Positions 1-14,929 of a stretch of 64,000 nucleotides of DNA are shown here, in pieces. The DNA is from Lama glama. Its lineage: Eukaryota. The DNA lies in NCBI GenBank assembly GCA_028534125.1, contig CM052818.1, forward strand, positions 34,598,001-34,662,000, read 5' to 3'. Position 1 is the stretch's first letter; the number at the start of each line of letters is the position of its first letter. The notes beneath the pieces were generated by a model. That model did no database searches. It saw only the letters and a program-made list of their open reading frames with translations, and had not been told where the DNA came from. A program made the translations under genes and the position numbers.

Positions 1-1780
1 AGTGTAAAATGAAACTATAAATGTCTCACTGGGAAACATGGAAGGATTCCTTTATAACCTCAGAGTGGAGAAGGTATTTCTTACTATGAGTCAAAACCCA
101 GAAGCCATAAAGGAAAATACTGACAGACTCAACAACATGCAGATTTAAAATATCTGCATTGCAAAAATCCACAAACAGCAAACCAGTTTAAAATATTTGC
201 AATTCCTAAAGCAAAAGGCTAATCTCCCTTACATGGAAGGAGCACTGAAATGGAAGAGGGAAAAAAAAAAAAAAAAACTAATAGAAGAGTAGACCAGGCA
301 TACTCAGACATAGTATATAATTCATAAATAAGAATACCAAATGGCTCACACACATGTAAAACTATGCTTGATTTCATCCGCAAGAGAAATGCTAGATAAA
401 AATACATTGAGATGCAACTTCTCACTTACACTCCTGACAAAATGTCAAGGCTGTGGGGCGCTAGGTACTTGTACACATTGCTGCAGAGAGCATAAATCTC
501 CTAAGAGGGCAATTTGGCAATGTCCAAATCACAAATGCATTCCTCACCCTAACCCTTGGTTAATCCTAGTATCACTAATGATGGATCAACTAGGCAGTAC
601 AATGTGTCTTCCATTATAATGCAATATGACTGACGCAATATTCTGGCCCAAAATGTGTAAACTGAATCCATAAGTCTGTAGCTATAATTTACAATTCATT
701 GGAAATATAGGGCCAGAGAAACAAGTAAATACAAACCATTCAAATCCAGAAAGTGGGACATTCTATAAAATAACTGGTCCAGACTTTTGAATAAATAACT
801 GGTTCCACCCCCCACCACACACACACACACACATCCTCAAGGAAAGAGGATACAGTAAGTATATAAGTTGAGTATCATGTAAAAAGGAGGTTGGCAGGTG
901 GAGGGGAGGGGAGGATCTCATAGGTCAGAGAGACTCGAAGAACTCAATTTAACAACCTGATGCAATGCCTGGTCCCAGATGAGATGCTAGTTTGGACAAA
1001 CCTACTGTAAAGGATATCTTTGGACAACTGGGGAAATCTGAATGTGATCTGGATATTCAGATAAAGTGAAACTTACTGAAATGGAAAGGTGGAAGATGTT
1101 GACTTTAAAAAAAGGTAGATTGCAAGACAATAGGAACAGTATGATGTTGTATCTATATCATCTGTCTATCTACCTATCTATCTAGAGAGAGAGAGATACA
1201 CAATCTCTGGCAACAGGAATATGGTGGTTTTATGTTTTTATCTTACTTTCACTTGTGATATTTTCTATAGTGCACATGTACTGCTTCTGTAATTACAAGT
1301 TGAGAATTTATTCTACAGATAGTTCAGCACCTACGTAAAGTGACACTGACATGAATACTTATGTTGGTATTATTTGTAATAGCAAGAGATTAGAAGCCAT
1401 CTAAATGTGCAACAATATGGCACTGGTTAAGTAAATCACAGCATATCTCAGCAATGGAATACTAGGCAGCTTAAGAAATAATGTGAACGTTCTCTATGAA
1501 CTGGTGTGGAAACATGTTCAAGATCCAGAACAACGTGTACAGAATGCTATCACTTGTGTAAAAGCAGAGGGAGATGAGCCGGTCTACTTGTGTTTGCTTG
1601 TATTTGCATAAAGAAATTCTGGAAGACGCCAAAGAAACAAATAGTGGTTACAGAGGTGAGAAAGAGGATCCAGAGAAAGGAGGGACGGGAGACACACTTT
1701 TTGCTGTAGACTCTTTTCTGGGGGCGGGGGGGAGGTGGAGTAGATCCCATTGAATGCATTGTTTAACCAAAAAAACTCTT
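1..1780 (+). mobile_element. Old L1ME/L1MC fragments
   Basis: Decayed ORF2-end and 3' UTR motifs (aaaacccagaagccataaaggaaaa; gaagccatctaaatgtgcaacaat...atggaatactaggcagc). Boundaries approximate. Confidence 0.6.
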
Positions 1781-1892
1781 TCAGTAAGAACTGGTTATAC
1801 TTTTAACAGTTTCTGCTCCTACAAAAGAGTACACCCCTACCCCTCTTCTCAGCAGAAGGGCCCAGAAGAAAGATGCTCCGCGGGCTGGCTTA

Positions 1893-2033
<141 letters not shown>

Positions 2034-2479
2034 CTAAAGTTAAAGTTTAAAAAAAATAATCCTAATTGGCCCCGGTACAATTTGTTATGCCTGAGGGTCC
2101 CCAGTCATTTGTTCTGGAATCAGATCAGAGGAACCTTAGGGACAAGTGTCTCCACCTGAATTCTTAGAAAATGTAACATAAGAGGCAAATGAAAGGTCAT
2201 CTAGAGAAAAACATGTATCATTCAGGATCAAGCTAAAGCCTACATACCTACCGCTAAGAGAGATCACAGTTAGAGCATTCACGTCCAGCTACCTCTCGTT
2301 CTCTGCCCCAGACCCTTTAGAGAACAAGCAACCCCACTAGAAATGCCATAGAAGTGAACGTTGCCACAGAAACCTGCAGTGTCCCCGCTCTGACCTTCCA
2401 GTTGGCAGTGTCAGTGTTTAGCAAACCACGTTTATTTTAAGGAGGCTAGATGCAACCATCCTTACTTCTTAGATTTCCA

Positions 2480-2935
2480 CTAGCTGTGTTCATTCATTCA
2501 GCAAGTATTTACTGAGTGCTTACTATATGTCCCACACTTTTCAGGTGCTGCTGGAATACACTGGTGAAAAAGGCCCAGTTCTGCCCTGTGTAGGAGGGGG
2601 ACAGATGAACAAGAAGTGAGATCGGGGTAGGCACAGGGTGGTGTGGGACCAAAGAGGGGAGGACTCCGTGCCCTTGAGGGCAGGGCAGCATCCCTGAAAA
2701 GATGGCATCAGCGTGTCCGAGGCCTGGAGAAGAGTAGGAGTCACTTGGGGGAGGGGAGAGAGGGCTAGAGAGGCCAGGGAAAGCCAGGTGCTTTGGGGAA
2801 GAAGGAGCAGTTCAGGATTTGAGGTAAGAAGCAGGGAGGGAGGTGAGAGAGGAGGCTGACAGCGCAGCAGGGCCTGACTAAACTAGAAATCCAGAGCTTG
2901 ATCCTGAAGGGAAGGAGGGCCTTACATAGTTGAGA
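2480..2935 (-). mobile_element. L2 3' fragment
   Basis: cattcattcagcaagtatttactgagtgcttactatatg is the reverse complement of the L2 3' terminus. Confidence 0.65.
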
Positions 2936-5900
2936 TCCGACTATACCTACAATTTTACACCCCACTTTTCCCCCTTTAGTACTAAACATAAGAATTTTCC
3001 ATGCTAATCAAATTTTATTCATATGATTTAAATGGTGCATAATATTTTATAATTTATCATATGCAAAATATTTATGTTTCTCATATGTCATAAGATTTTA
3101 CCACTTCCCTACTGTATATATATATTTATAAGTGTATAAATACACTTATGTTGTTTTGATAATCTTCAATGTTATAAAATAATGCTGGGAAGAATTACAC
3201 CTAAAGCTTTGGGGCTTTTTTGTTTATTTCCTTAAGGTAGATTCTCAGAAGTGAAATTCAAAGGCTGTCAGTAAACTGCTTTCCAGAGAGCAATTTATGG
3301 TGCACACTCCCTCCAGCCACGTGCAAGTGCCCACCTCCCCACCCCGTCCGCACTTAGCACTGTGCAGGGCATGGCTGGCCCTTGGGCATGATGTGTGGGA
3401 TGGGGCAGGGAGCTGCCAGGAGCTGCACCCAACTCTTCCTGGGCATGATTAAAGTTTAATTTAGAAATTTCTGACTTGAACAATATCCCAAAGAGAGCGT
3501 AGGGAAGATGCTGACAGCACAGCCTCATTTTCAGTGCAATTATCCCAGGCGGTCCCAGCCTGAGCCACCGCTCCAGGCCCTGTACCCTTCTAGGGATGGC
3601 TGTGAGTGTCGACTAGGGAAAGGGACTCTCAGCAGTTCTTCCTGCAAAGCCACGATGATTTATGCCACCATGCTCCAAATGAAGCCAAGCCCTGCTACTT
3701 TGAATGTGACCAGCCCTGGACATAGGAGAGGCCACTGGTCAGTGTGGCTTAGCACAGGAGTCAATAGGAAAGCTCCTTGTTGGATGGCGACTCTGAGAAA
3801 GTGTGAACACTCACAGAGAAGGAGGGTCTCCAGAGCTGCTCTGATTTGGAAGGACAACAAATGGCTTTGCTGGGACTGGGGCATCTGGGCACCCTGTGAC
3901 CCAGAGCACCTGGGTGTCCACTCTGATGAGGTCCAGGGCCCTCCTTCTTCTCTGAGCTTCTCTGAGCCCCTGTCACTAAGACAGCATTTCTCAAGCTTAT
4001 TTGGACTACAGAACAGTTTTTATATTTATAACACAGCAAGAGTGCGTGAGTTATCAATTTGAGCTCTATCAGATTCATGTGTGTCATTTCATTCTTAAAG
4101 GTAGATTACTACATAACAATTATGTAAATAGACTCTATTTTTTCTAATTAATACATCTAATTTAGGGGAAAATATATATCACTGGCATCACTTTTTTTTG
4201 TTGGTTGTGTGAAACCACCATCAGTATCTCACCGAGCTGAACACAGTTTACAAAACTCTGAACCCGAGTAATCAGGCCATGTCTTTCTCCTAGTGACCTG
4301 AAAGAACTTAAATCTGAGCCAGTCTTATTGGCAAAAATATATCTAATAATAATAATAACCTACCATCTGATTTTTTAAGTTTAGTCTTTTGCTTGTGCAT
4401 GCAGCTGAGTATTTATTAGCTGATTTTATTTCCTCTTGTGAAAAATGCTGGCTCCTGCTCTTTGCCAATGTTCAGACCAGGGGACTGATGTCTGGAGGGA
4501 CAAGCCATGAAGATCACTGATCAGCCACTCCTTCACCTCAGTCCTGTCCCAGGGCCACCTCTGGGGGCTTCACATTCATGATGCCACTTGGAAGTTACTG
4601 GCAGTGCTGCCAATGAGCACACAGAACTAACAGTGGTCTTGTGCCTCTCGCACTGCAGCGTCTACAGCAGACAATTACCCGAATTACATTACTTATTATT
4701 TTGTCTGCAACACCTTATGCTCATAGTAATATTAGCACTGGAGAATCTACTATTAACTATCACAGGTCTTAGTCTCAACATAGAGCCATCCTCTATTGTC
4801 ACATATTGAATTGTCACATATTGAATACAGCCTCACATTTTTTTAAAAACTTGGAATCGATTTTGTTAAATGTCAGTGCTCTTATTCCATTATCCAAAGA
4901 TATTTTGCAAAGTTACACTTCACGTTCCCAGGACTAATGGCAAAAAAAATCACACTTGGTTTTATGAATAATGTATAAAATTACGATAACCTGCCACAAT
5001 AGTCCTTCAATGTGAAAGGTATTGCAGGTGTTGACCACACCTCCCTTCCCATCCTTTTCCTGGGGCAGTAGGAGCAAAGGAGCAGGGGAGCCATCTCCTA
5101 TCCCAGCCTGAAAACGGTTGCCACCACCACCCCAGCAGAACGGAAATTTGGAACAGCAGAGACCCCCACTAGGCCTCTTTATCACCAGTCTCAATACTGG
5201 GTGGGGACTCCTGGATTCCTTTTGGAACCGTAGACTTGCAATCCCACACTTTTGCTTACCCTTTTTTCCCTGTCACTCGCTCTTTTATATGATTTATGTA
5301 GCTTGCTTTCTCATTCACAAGATTATAAGTTCCCTGAGGACAGGAACTGTATCTTGTTTATTTTTGTAACTTGCACAATGTAAGTTCACAGTATCTGTTA
5401 AGTAAATAACTTGTATTTGATTTTTTATGATTAATATTCTGGTATTCAAGTAGAACTAAACCATTTTACAATTTTAAATGACCATGTAGGGCCTGAAAGC
5501 AAAAACATTTGCTTCCTGCATCAAGAACTAAGTGTTATTCTAGCAGTTTGTGTTCTAGGGTGGTGGACAGCAGTGGTAAAATCTTTTCGAGCACATAATG
5601 TTTATAGTCTTCTCTTCGCTCATTGTTAATGTGGCTTTATTGGCAGTAAGCGCTTGAAAAGTATCCCTTCTTTTTTTCTACATCTTGTCTTTTACCTACC
5701 AAACCGGATCTATGTGTATTGGATCCTTTGTATTTTTCTGGTTTGCAAAAGTTTTAGTGCTATAACAAAAATTTTAGTGCTATGAATTAGTGCTTTGAAT
5801 TGAGCTACATGCCGTATCTTTTTGACAATAATCAATGCTATTTGACTTTACTATCTGGTGAATATAGCTCAATCTACTAAAATGTTCACATATTACAATG

Positions 5901-6226
5901 TGGGTAATAGATGATTTGATTATCTTTTCCCAGGTAGAATGTGGTACAGTATACTCTTGGTTTCCATTCTAATACAGGCAAGAACTGTTACGCAGAAGAA
6001 TTGCACACACTTTCCTTCTCTGAATATCTCCATCTGCCAGCCTCCCACATACCCACACTCCACTGTTAGTCCATCCAGACAGGGTGAGCCCGGGCTCCCA
6101 GGCTCTCTGCCTCTCTGTCCTTCACCTCCCTAGTCTTACCCACTAACCTCTATCGTCTCCCCACATCCCAGAATGTTTTGGCTTTGTTCAAGCATTTGAA
6201 TATTGGATTAAGAAGATAAGGTTCCA

Positions 6227-7140
6227 CTCCTACAACTCAATAGCAAAAATATAAATTACTCGGTTAGAAAATAGGCAAAAGACATGAACAGAGATTTCTC
6301 CAAAGAAGACAATGCAGATGGCCAACAGGCACATGAAAAGATGCTCAACATCACTAATCATCAGGAGAATGCAAATCAAAACCACAATGAGATATCACCT
6401 CACAACTGTAGGATGGCTGGTATCAAAAAACGAAAGATAGCAAATGTTGGCAAGGATATGGAGAAAAGAGCATCCTTGTACTCTGTTGGTGGGAATGCAC
6501 TTTAGTACAGTCACTATGGAAACAATATGGAGGTCCTCAAAAAGTAAAAATAGGATTACCATTTGATCCAGCAATCCCATTTCTGGGAATATACTCCAAA
6601 GAATTGAAATCTGGATCTTGAAGAGGTATCTGCACTCTTGTTCATTGCAGCATTATTCACAATAGCCAAGATACAGAAACAACCAAACTGTCTAACAATG
6701 GATGAATGGATTAAAGAGAAAGTGGAATATACATACAATGGCATATTATTCAGCCTTAAAAAAAAAAAAGGAAATCCTGCCATTTGCAACAACATAAATG
6801 GACAGGCAGGACACTATGCTAAGGGAAATAAGCCAAACACAGAAATACAAATACTGCATGATCTCACTTATATATGGGATCTAAAACAGTCACACTCAGA
6901 AGCAGAGAGCAGAATGTGCTACCAGGGGCTGCCAGGAGCTGGGGGAGGGGAAGGTGGGGAGGTATTGGTCAAAGGGTACAAAGTTTCAGTTTTGCAAGAT
7001 GAATAAATTCTGGAGACATAATGTACAACAGACGGTTTAGGATTAACAATACTGTACTGTGCACTTAAAATTTTGCAAAGAGGGTAGATCTTATATTAAG
7101 GGCTCTTACCACAAAAGGAAAAACAAAACAAAAACAAAAA
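6227..7140 (+). mobile_element. Older LINE-1 (L1MA-like) 3' fragment with a decayed ORF2 end and 3' UTR
   Basis: MFIAALFTIAK...DEWIK peptide in ORF 6638..7006, A-rich tail, and decayed TSD aagaa....aggttcca at ~6210-6226 and ~7140-7156. Confidence 0.88.
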
Positions 7141-7839
7141 AGAACACGAGGTTCCATTATTTCACTGTTTGAGGCCAACAGTATGTAGTTTTGTCATATA
7201 AATTATCATAGGATCAAGACAACTTCAGAAAGCTTAACAATAGCCATTTTCATTACAAGTGTAATGTATACAGCCCACAGCAGCAGAGCTGCTGTCCTAC
7301 AGACGTCTACTGTTCTTTGTCAGTAACTCAGCTCCATGAAATTCTCAAGGCTGGAAAAATATTTGTAGTCTTATAGGGTTTTTAATTTAACCTCATTATA
7401 TAAAGCTACAAGAGGAGTTAAGAACTGAAATTCTACCAAAGGCAAGATGTGGAAAAGCTTTCATCTAACGTGTTTTCCTAGATAAAGACTGAAATAAACA
7501 GACTGTGCTTGAGTGTTAAGATATAATTATACTACATCTAAATGTAATTAGAGATGATTTTTTTTTAAACTGATGTTGAAACACAGAATCCTAGGTTTGG
7601 AAAGAACTTTAGAAACCAGAAAATCTAACCTCTTCCCACTGTAGGAATCCTTCTACGCTGAAGACAGACACAGTCATTCAGCCCCTGAATACTTTCTGAG
7701 ATAAAGGAATCTTTGTTTTGTGGGATGACTCTTTTCTGTATTAGATAGTTCTAACTATGGGAAGTTTCTTTCTGATGGTGAGTCAGAATCTGCCTTCCTG
7801 CGAAGTTCAACCATCAGTCAGGGGACTCTGGAATATTCG

Positions 7840-8040
7840 GAAGGACAGAGGCTTTGGAACCACACAAAACTGGGCTTGAATCCAGGGCTTACCACTTACT
7901 AGCTAAGTAACCTTGACTCTGAGCCTCAGTTTCCTGGTGTATAAAATGCCGTCAGCAATTTCTCCTCTTCACATTACTGTAAGGATTAGAGATGCTGTGA
8001 GTTAAGTGCCTGGAATATGGTAGACACCCAGTGGATAGTG
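7840..8040. mobile_element. MIR SINE
   Basis: MIR core: ctgggcttgaatcc...cttaccacttactagct..gtaaccttg...tctgagcctcagtttcct..tgtataaaatg. Confidence 0.75.
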
Positions 8041-8304
8041 GCTGTCCTAGCATTGGCCCTATGTCATTGCTACCTCGCCCTAGGGACGTCTTCCCTTTGC
8101 CCGGAGAAAATGCACAGTTCCCTCCATGATTCCTTACATGCCGTGGTTTCCAGACCCCTCAGCATCTTGGCAGTTTTCCACTGATTTATTAAAGAAAGCA
8201 TTCCTCCATGTGTATCTGGTACATGAGCTCCTTCAGATATTATCATGTAAAAGGGAGCAGATGATTAGTGAGAACTGGTGGAGGGGACTAGCTCTAGAAT
8301 ATTA

Positions 8305-8685
<381 letters not shown>

Positions 8686-9078
8686 TTAACGGGGCCCTTA
8701 CTCCAGAAACTCTCAGAGGAATGCAGACATTTGTACTGCTAAAGTTAAAAAAAAATTCATTGGCTCTCGGTCATATTATTTCTTTGTTCCTTATGTCTCT
8801 GAAATAAAGTAATAACCCCACACCCTTTAAGATATGTCTTGAAACAGCTTCTTGGCCCATTTGTGTATAAGTACCCATGGCTGGGGGAGGTACACAGGAA
8901 GTGAAGGAGAACGTGGCAGGACCCCGGAAACACAGCAGGCTGCCCAGGTGGTACTGACCACCATCAGAGAGGCCCACATCCGCGGGGCCTCACCGACTAA
9001 CTGGGAAGTGTAGTCGTGGGTTTCAGCTATCCTCGCCAAGATATACAGAGGCTAGCGAATTCAGATGCAGAGGGGTCA

Positions 9079-9225
<147 letters not shown>

Positions 9226-9809
9226 CTACGACCAAGAAGGAAAAGGGCTCCCGTGTCTGCTTGGATTAGGCATGTCCCACCACATCAAAGAACTCTCAGA
9301 CAACAGCACAAGTGACACAAAGTCAAATCCAAGTGCAGACTTGCCAAGTTTCGTGCAACCTAAGGGCTATGGAAGGACCTGTCTGGAAATTGTTACGAAG
9401 TCTGTGCACTGGGGGAAGGCCAGTGCCCTGCAGTCCCAGGGCCAACCCTGGCGTATAATTCAGCCGTGACCCGGGTTGGTGCCTTGTTCTGGCTGGGGTT
9501 CCCATGAAGCAAAGGCAGCACAGAGCTCACAGAAGTGGGGCAGTGGGTGGGGTAGGCCTGGGAATGCAGAAGTGAATCTACAATACTCCAAAGAGAGAGG
9601 CCCCCACCCTCTTGGCTCTCTTCCATTTTGGAAAGACCTGTCTCCATCTCAGTCTTTAACATTTCATTCCAATTCAAAGTATTGGTTCCCAGATCCTGTT
9701 TGGCCCGCCCCTTTCCCACCCCGCCCTGTCCCTGACTGTCATAAATAAGTCAGACAAACAGCTCCGGAGGCTTGATGGTTCTGGAGCACTGACCTTCCCC
9801 CTCCACTCC

Positions 9810-10045
9810 TCTCACCTTACCCTGTTTTATTTCCTTTCCAAGCACTTACCACCACCTGTCAAACTGTATATTGAGTAATTTATCTGTTTAGTGTCTAGCT
9901 GTCTCCTGCTGGAATACAGGCTCCATCGAGGACTTTCTTTTGCCCGTGGCTAGTATCCCCAGCCCATGGCCTGTGCCTGGCACATGATAGACACATGATG
10001 TGTATTTGTTGGAGGAGTGAATGAATGAGTAAGTGAATGAATGAA
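9810..10045 (+). mobile_element. L2 3' end
   Basis: gtgcctggcacatgatagac...tatttgttgg...tgaatgaatga terminus. Confidence 0.7.
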
Positions 10046-10160
10046 ACCCTAGAACAGGTGCAGAAATCAAAAGACCAAGACACCTGGGGCCCTGCTTGGT
10101 GGTTAGGACGAGCCAGCCTCCTCCCAGGGGCCTCCCCGGGGGCAGAGGGCAGCTCTCTCA

Positions 10161-10313
<153 letters not shown>

Positions 10314-10732
10314 CTAGAAGACAGCATGTCAAAAGTTGGTCACCCACTGAGAAAGAAGCAAGAGGTTGCCAGGCACACCCCACCTGGACCCATCCCGTCA
10401 GGTGGAGGGGGCTCAGCTCAGGACAGACCCTCTGTGAGCAGCACAGGGTTCCTCCCCTCCAATTACCACTTGCTGCAAGTCTCCCTGCAGGCTTCCAGTT
10501 GAGCAACGAATGCCCAGGTTCCAAGGTGGGAAAGCACAGACTGCAGGCTAAGTTCCATTCCTTGACTAAACACATAAAATCGGGAACAGCATTTGTTCTG
10601 ACAGTACATCTTTCTAGTAGGTTGCCAACAATTCTAAGATGACTCCAGAACTTTTTCTTCTGGTTAGACGTGTATTGCCTGAGCTGTCCCGCCTTCTGGT
10701 AACGAGGTCAGGCCTCCCCCTTTTTCCATTCA

Positions 10733-11047
<315 letters not shown>

Positions 11048-11392
11048 TTACCCCGGCACTGCCTCCAGACAAACCCACTGCGAACCACACCAGATTCTGA
11101 GGAATCTGCTTGTAGTTTAATATGGACTAGAAGGAACTGAGAGCAAATAAACAAAGCAACACATAAAAGCAGATTGACATTAAGGCTGTACACACACACA
11201 TACACACACATGTGGATCAAGAGTTCACTTCACATACTTCTGGGTAAGATAGGGACACACAGTAGTTAAGCACTTGGTCACAAGTCCCATAGCTTGTGTT
11301 CAAATCCTGATTTTGCTACTGACTCTCAACTTTAGACAAGTTGCTTAACCTCTGCAGGGCCCATTTTTCCCATCTGTGAAATGAGTAGATGA

Positions 11393-11492
11393 GGGGGAGG
11401 GTTTAGCTCAGTGGTGGAGCACATGCTCAGCATGCACAAGGTCCCAGGTTCAATCCCCAGTACCTCCACTGGGAAAAAAAAGTTAAAAAAAA
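11393..11492 (+). mobile_element. tRNA-Ala-derived camelid SINE (Vic-1-like), short form, inserted in a MIR
   Basis: GGGGAGGGTTTAGCTCAGTGGTGGAGCACATGCTCAGCATGCAC...GGTTCAATCCCCAGTACCTCCA with A/B boxes, an A-tail and an imperfect TSD gag(t/a)agatga. Confidence 0.85.
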
Positions 11493-12399
11493 GAGAAGAT
11501 GAAAGTATCTCCCTTTCTGTGGCTGTTGTCAGGATTAACTAAGATGATCCCCAGCACAGTAGTCACTTGACAAATGGCACTCATATTAATCTTTATTGAC
11601 ACTGTGACCTCAAGTGTCTGGCCGGTCTTCTCCCAAATTATCAACAGATGACCAGTGAAACATACAAAAAAGGAAAACTCCACCATTAGCAGCAGAAAAT
11701 AGGGACAGTCTTCCAGAATACCAGAAATTCCAAAGAATCCATAGGACGCATGCCTGTGACTCTCCCCTAGCTTCAGCAGGCTGTCCTCCTGTGAGACTGT
11801 CTCCAAGCAAGACTGCAAACCCCCTTCAGGACAAGAATCACAACTTGCTTATCTCGTGATCTCCTCTCTCCTTCCCAGCTTCCAACCTACACAGTACATC
11901 TTATAATTGAATTAATTTTTTTCTTCAAAAAAATAAGAAACAGCTGTCAGGTCATCTTTCCAAAACCCACATTTATCTTGGAACTCTGCCACTTATGACC
12001 TTCGATTTTTCCTCAGTGGCTGCAGCAGACACTAATTCCTTAGTGGGGCACCCAGGGCCTTTCAGCCGCTGCCCCCACTGGGGATCAGCGCATTCCTGGT
12101 ACAACCTGTGACAGGCAGTGGGAAGTTTAGGGAATAAAGGTACCAGTTACATCCTGGTGACACTGGTAAAGTTGCTAATGGGGAGAATTACTTCTGCCGA
12201 CCAACTAAACATATTGTGAAAACCGTACTGTGTATATACCTGCTGAGCTGAGCGAAAATGGCCTGGGGGTTTGCCCTTCTAATTGGACTATAGCTAAGAA
12301 ATTAATTGAAGAACAAGCCAAAGGAAGGGTTTAAATGAGGACCTCTGTTCCTTCTGTGGGCAAACCGAGGAAGGAGAATCCTTCGAAGCAGCTTACTCC

Positions 12400-12465
12400 T
12401 GCCTCCCTGCTGGGCAAGCCAAGACCTGGGAGTGCCTCCCTGCTGGGCAAGCCAAGACCTGGGAG
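12400..12465. repeat. Perfect 33-bp tandem duplication
   Basis: tgcctccctgctgggcaagccaagacctgggag x2 (12400-12432, 12433-12465). Confidence 0.97.
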
Positions 12466-12884
12466 ATGCGTGTGCACAGGGACTACCTGCTCAGCCCCGA
12501 GTTCCCATTGTCCCCCGACCCTCCCTCCTTCCAGGCATGGAGTCTCTATCGTTCTTTTAATACGCTGCTCCACCTGTACGTAATATTTATGAATCTGGTC
12601 ATTATAATTCATTTGAACCCAGAAAGACCTAGTCTACCTTCTTGGCCTCATCTGTTTTCTTCCACCACCCCCTATACATCCTTCCCTACCATGCCATTCC
12701 CAAGTGTCATGTGCTCTCAGGCCTCTGCACAAGCTGTTCCCTCTGCCTAAAATGCCCACTCCTTGGCTCCTCAAACTCCTATTCATCCCTTATGGCCCAA
12801 TTCAAATATCACTTCACCTCATGACCCAGAGAGGAGACACTTCAGATCCCCCAGGCTACAGAGCCAGGGGAGGGGGGTTCCTCA

Positions 12885-13031
<147 letters not shown>

Positions 13032-13339
13032 TTACATTTTACACAACTGTCTGTAGCTGTTCTATCCGGCCAAGCAGGAATCAAAAGTACCTTAGGACTT
13101 TTAAGAGTAGCATCTACTTAGCAACATATTTCCATCAGGACACTGGTGATGGGATGTTATAGCTTACAACTGAATAGCACTCTGTGATTCTGGATGTATT
13201 TTTATTCTCCTTAGAGGAGGAACCAGCCGACCAGTACAAAGGCAGGCACTCTAGGTACATCTCAGCGCTTTCCCCAGCAGGCCTTCAAGGGGCTGACACT
13301 GCCAGGGTCCCTTCTAAGCATCTCAGCTGGGGAGATGAT

Positions 13340-13720
13340 TACGGGAGTTGTCCTCCCATGTCCATTCCCCACTCTTCTTTTAATAACAGAATACCCAGAT
13401 TTTAGCTAGGCATTTTACCTCCCCAAATAGATACATTTCCCAACCTCCCCTTGCAGCTAGAGTGCAGTCTGATCAGTAGCACATGAGTAGGAGAGTGTGA
13501 GTCCCTTGAAGGGAAAAGGTTTTCTTTTCTTTCTCTCATAAAGTTCCACATGGTGAGCAGAAGAAGACAGCTTAAGGAAGGGCAGAAGGAGATGAGGTCC
13601 CCAACATCAAGGAGCCTCCATACCAGCCCTGGACCTCTCCTGCTCCAAACTATTAAGTGAACCAGAGAAATAAGCTTCTATCTTGTTTAAGTTAATGTTA
13701 TGTGGGAACTTTTGCTACAG
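13340..13720 (+). mobile_element. MaLR solo LTR (MLT1-type)
   Basis: tacatttcccaacctccccttgcagctag...ccagccctggac...gagaaataagcttctatcttgtttaag MLT1 motifs. Confidence 0.7.
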
Positions 13721-14334
13721 GGGTTCTAACGTGGGAGAGAATTGTAGCTGACTACACTGCCCTCTCCCTTAACGGCTCAGGAATTCTGTTACTGGTACTC
13801 TGCCCTTGTAAACCCCTGTTTGTAAATTTCACACTCAGTCCCTTCACTCCAGGCCTTTTGGGAACGTCATGATTTCAAGATGATAAATCTTCTCAACAAA
13901 AATTGAAGTATCCTTAGGTTATGCCTCAGTGTTTCCAAGTCTGTTTTGGAACTTACAGACTGTCCAACTCTTAAATCCTTTCTGAAATAGGAACCTACAA
14001 ACATCTCTGTACCAAGGAGTCACTGAAATGATTAGAGACCCTCTTCTCACTCTTCTACAGAAATTTTGAAATGCAGTTTTAATGAATACAGAACTGAATC
14101 TTAACCCAGATATCCAGGGTGCTCCAGGCTTGTTTTAAACAGCTGCAGCTTTATCACTTGTACTAAATGCTTTTACATGTCTGAGGAAATAATGGCTTTC
14201 CTGTAGTTTTGAGCAATTTTCTATTTTCTACTCAGATAATGCAAACATCAGAAATTCCTGAATCAAGTATTTAAGACTCAAAGTAAAATTGAAAATGTAC
14301 AGTCACAGATCAACAGATCAACAGATACACCGTA

Positions 14335-14890
14335 ACACTTGAGATCCAGGGTAAGAGTTTAAATGAAGGGCCACATACCATGTATCCAAATATTTAAAAA
14401 TTACAACTCAATGTAATAAACTATTAAATAAAATATGTTCTATCCTCCTACCTTGACACTTTCATATAAATTCAAAAGTCCTAGTTTGAATTCAGACTCC
14501 ATCTCAGAGTTCCACTCAAAACTTGGTGGCTAAGGGGGAGCCAGTCTCTGGCCCCCAGCCTGGAGCCCACCCCTGTCTCTTCACATCCCTAGCCATCCAG
14601 CACCATGAAGGCCTTCACGTGTGGGCATGTGGATTTCCCAGACCACACATCCAAATTCCATCTAAACCCTTTGGCCATCCATGAGGCCTTGTCTGCCCTG
14701 AGCAGGGCAGACCCTGGGAAGAGGCCCATGCAGGCCCTGAAAGGGAGCTCAGGCCTTTCGGGCAGGGAATTTGGAGTCCTTTGACATTCAGAGAGAGAGT
14801 GAGCTAAAGGGGCATTTGGGCTCTGAGTAGACTTGAGGCAAGTCCACTTGAGAGAGTGTATCCAGAGGAGGACCAGAACAGGACACAGGA
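14335..14890 (-). mobile_element. MER115/Zaphod-like hAT-Tip100 element
   Basis: ttaaataaaatatgttctatcctcctaccttgaca and gggaagaggcccatgcaggccctgaaag...gggcagggaatt match the recalled consensus. Confidence 0.65.
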
Positions 14891-14929
14891 GCCGCATCAT
14901 TACCACTTTTATTCATTGGGCTGGAGGGC

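Noticed and set aside
3508..4062. 184-aa plus-strand ORF
   Set aside because: No recognisable homology or splice structure; intronic and antisense to DRC1.
4420..4475. LAPAL-like peptide suggesting a reverse transcriptase motif
   Set aside because: The nucleotides fit better as a decayed minus-strand L1 segment continuing from ~3000-3340, and no flanking RT motifs are in frame.
12400..12465. CRISPR-like or other prokaryotic repeat array
   Set aside because: Only two adjacent copies with no spacers, in a clearly mammalian intron. No prokaryotic-type system is evident anywhere in the window.
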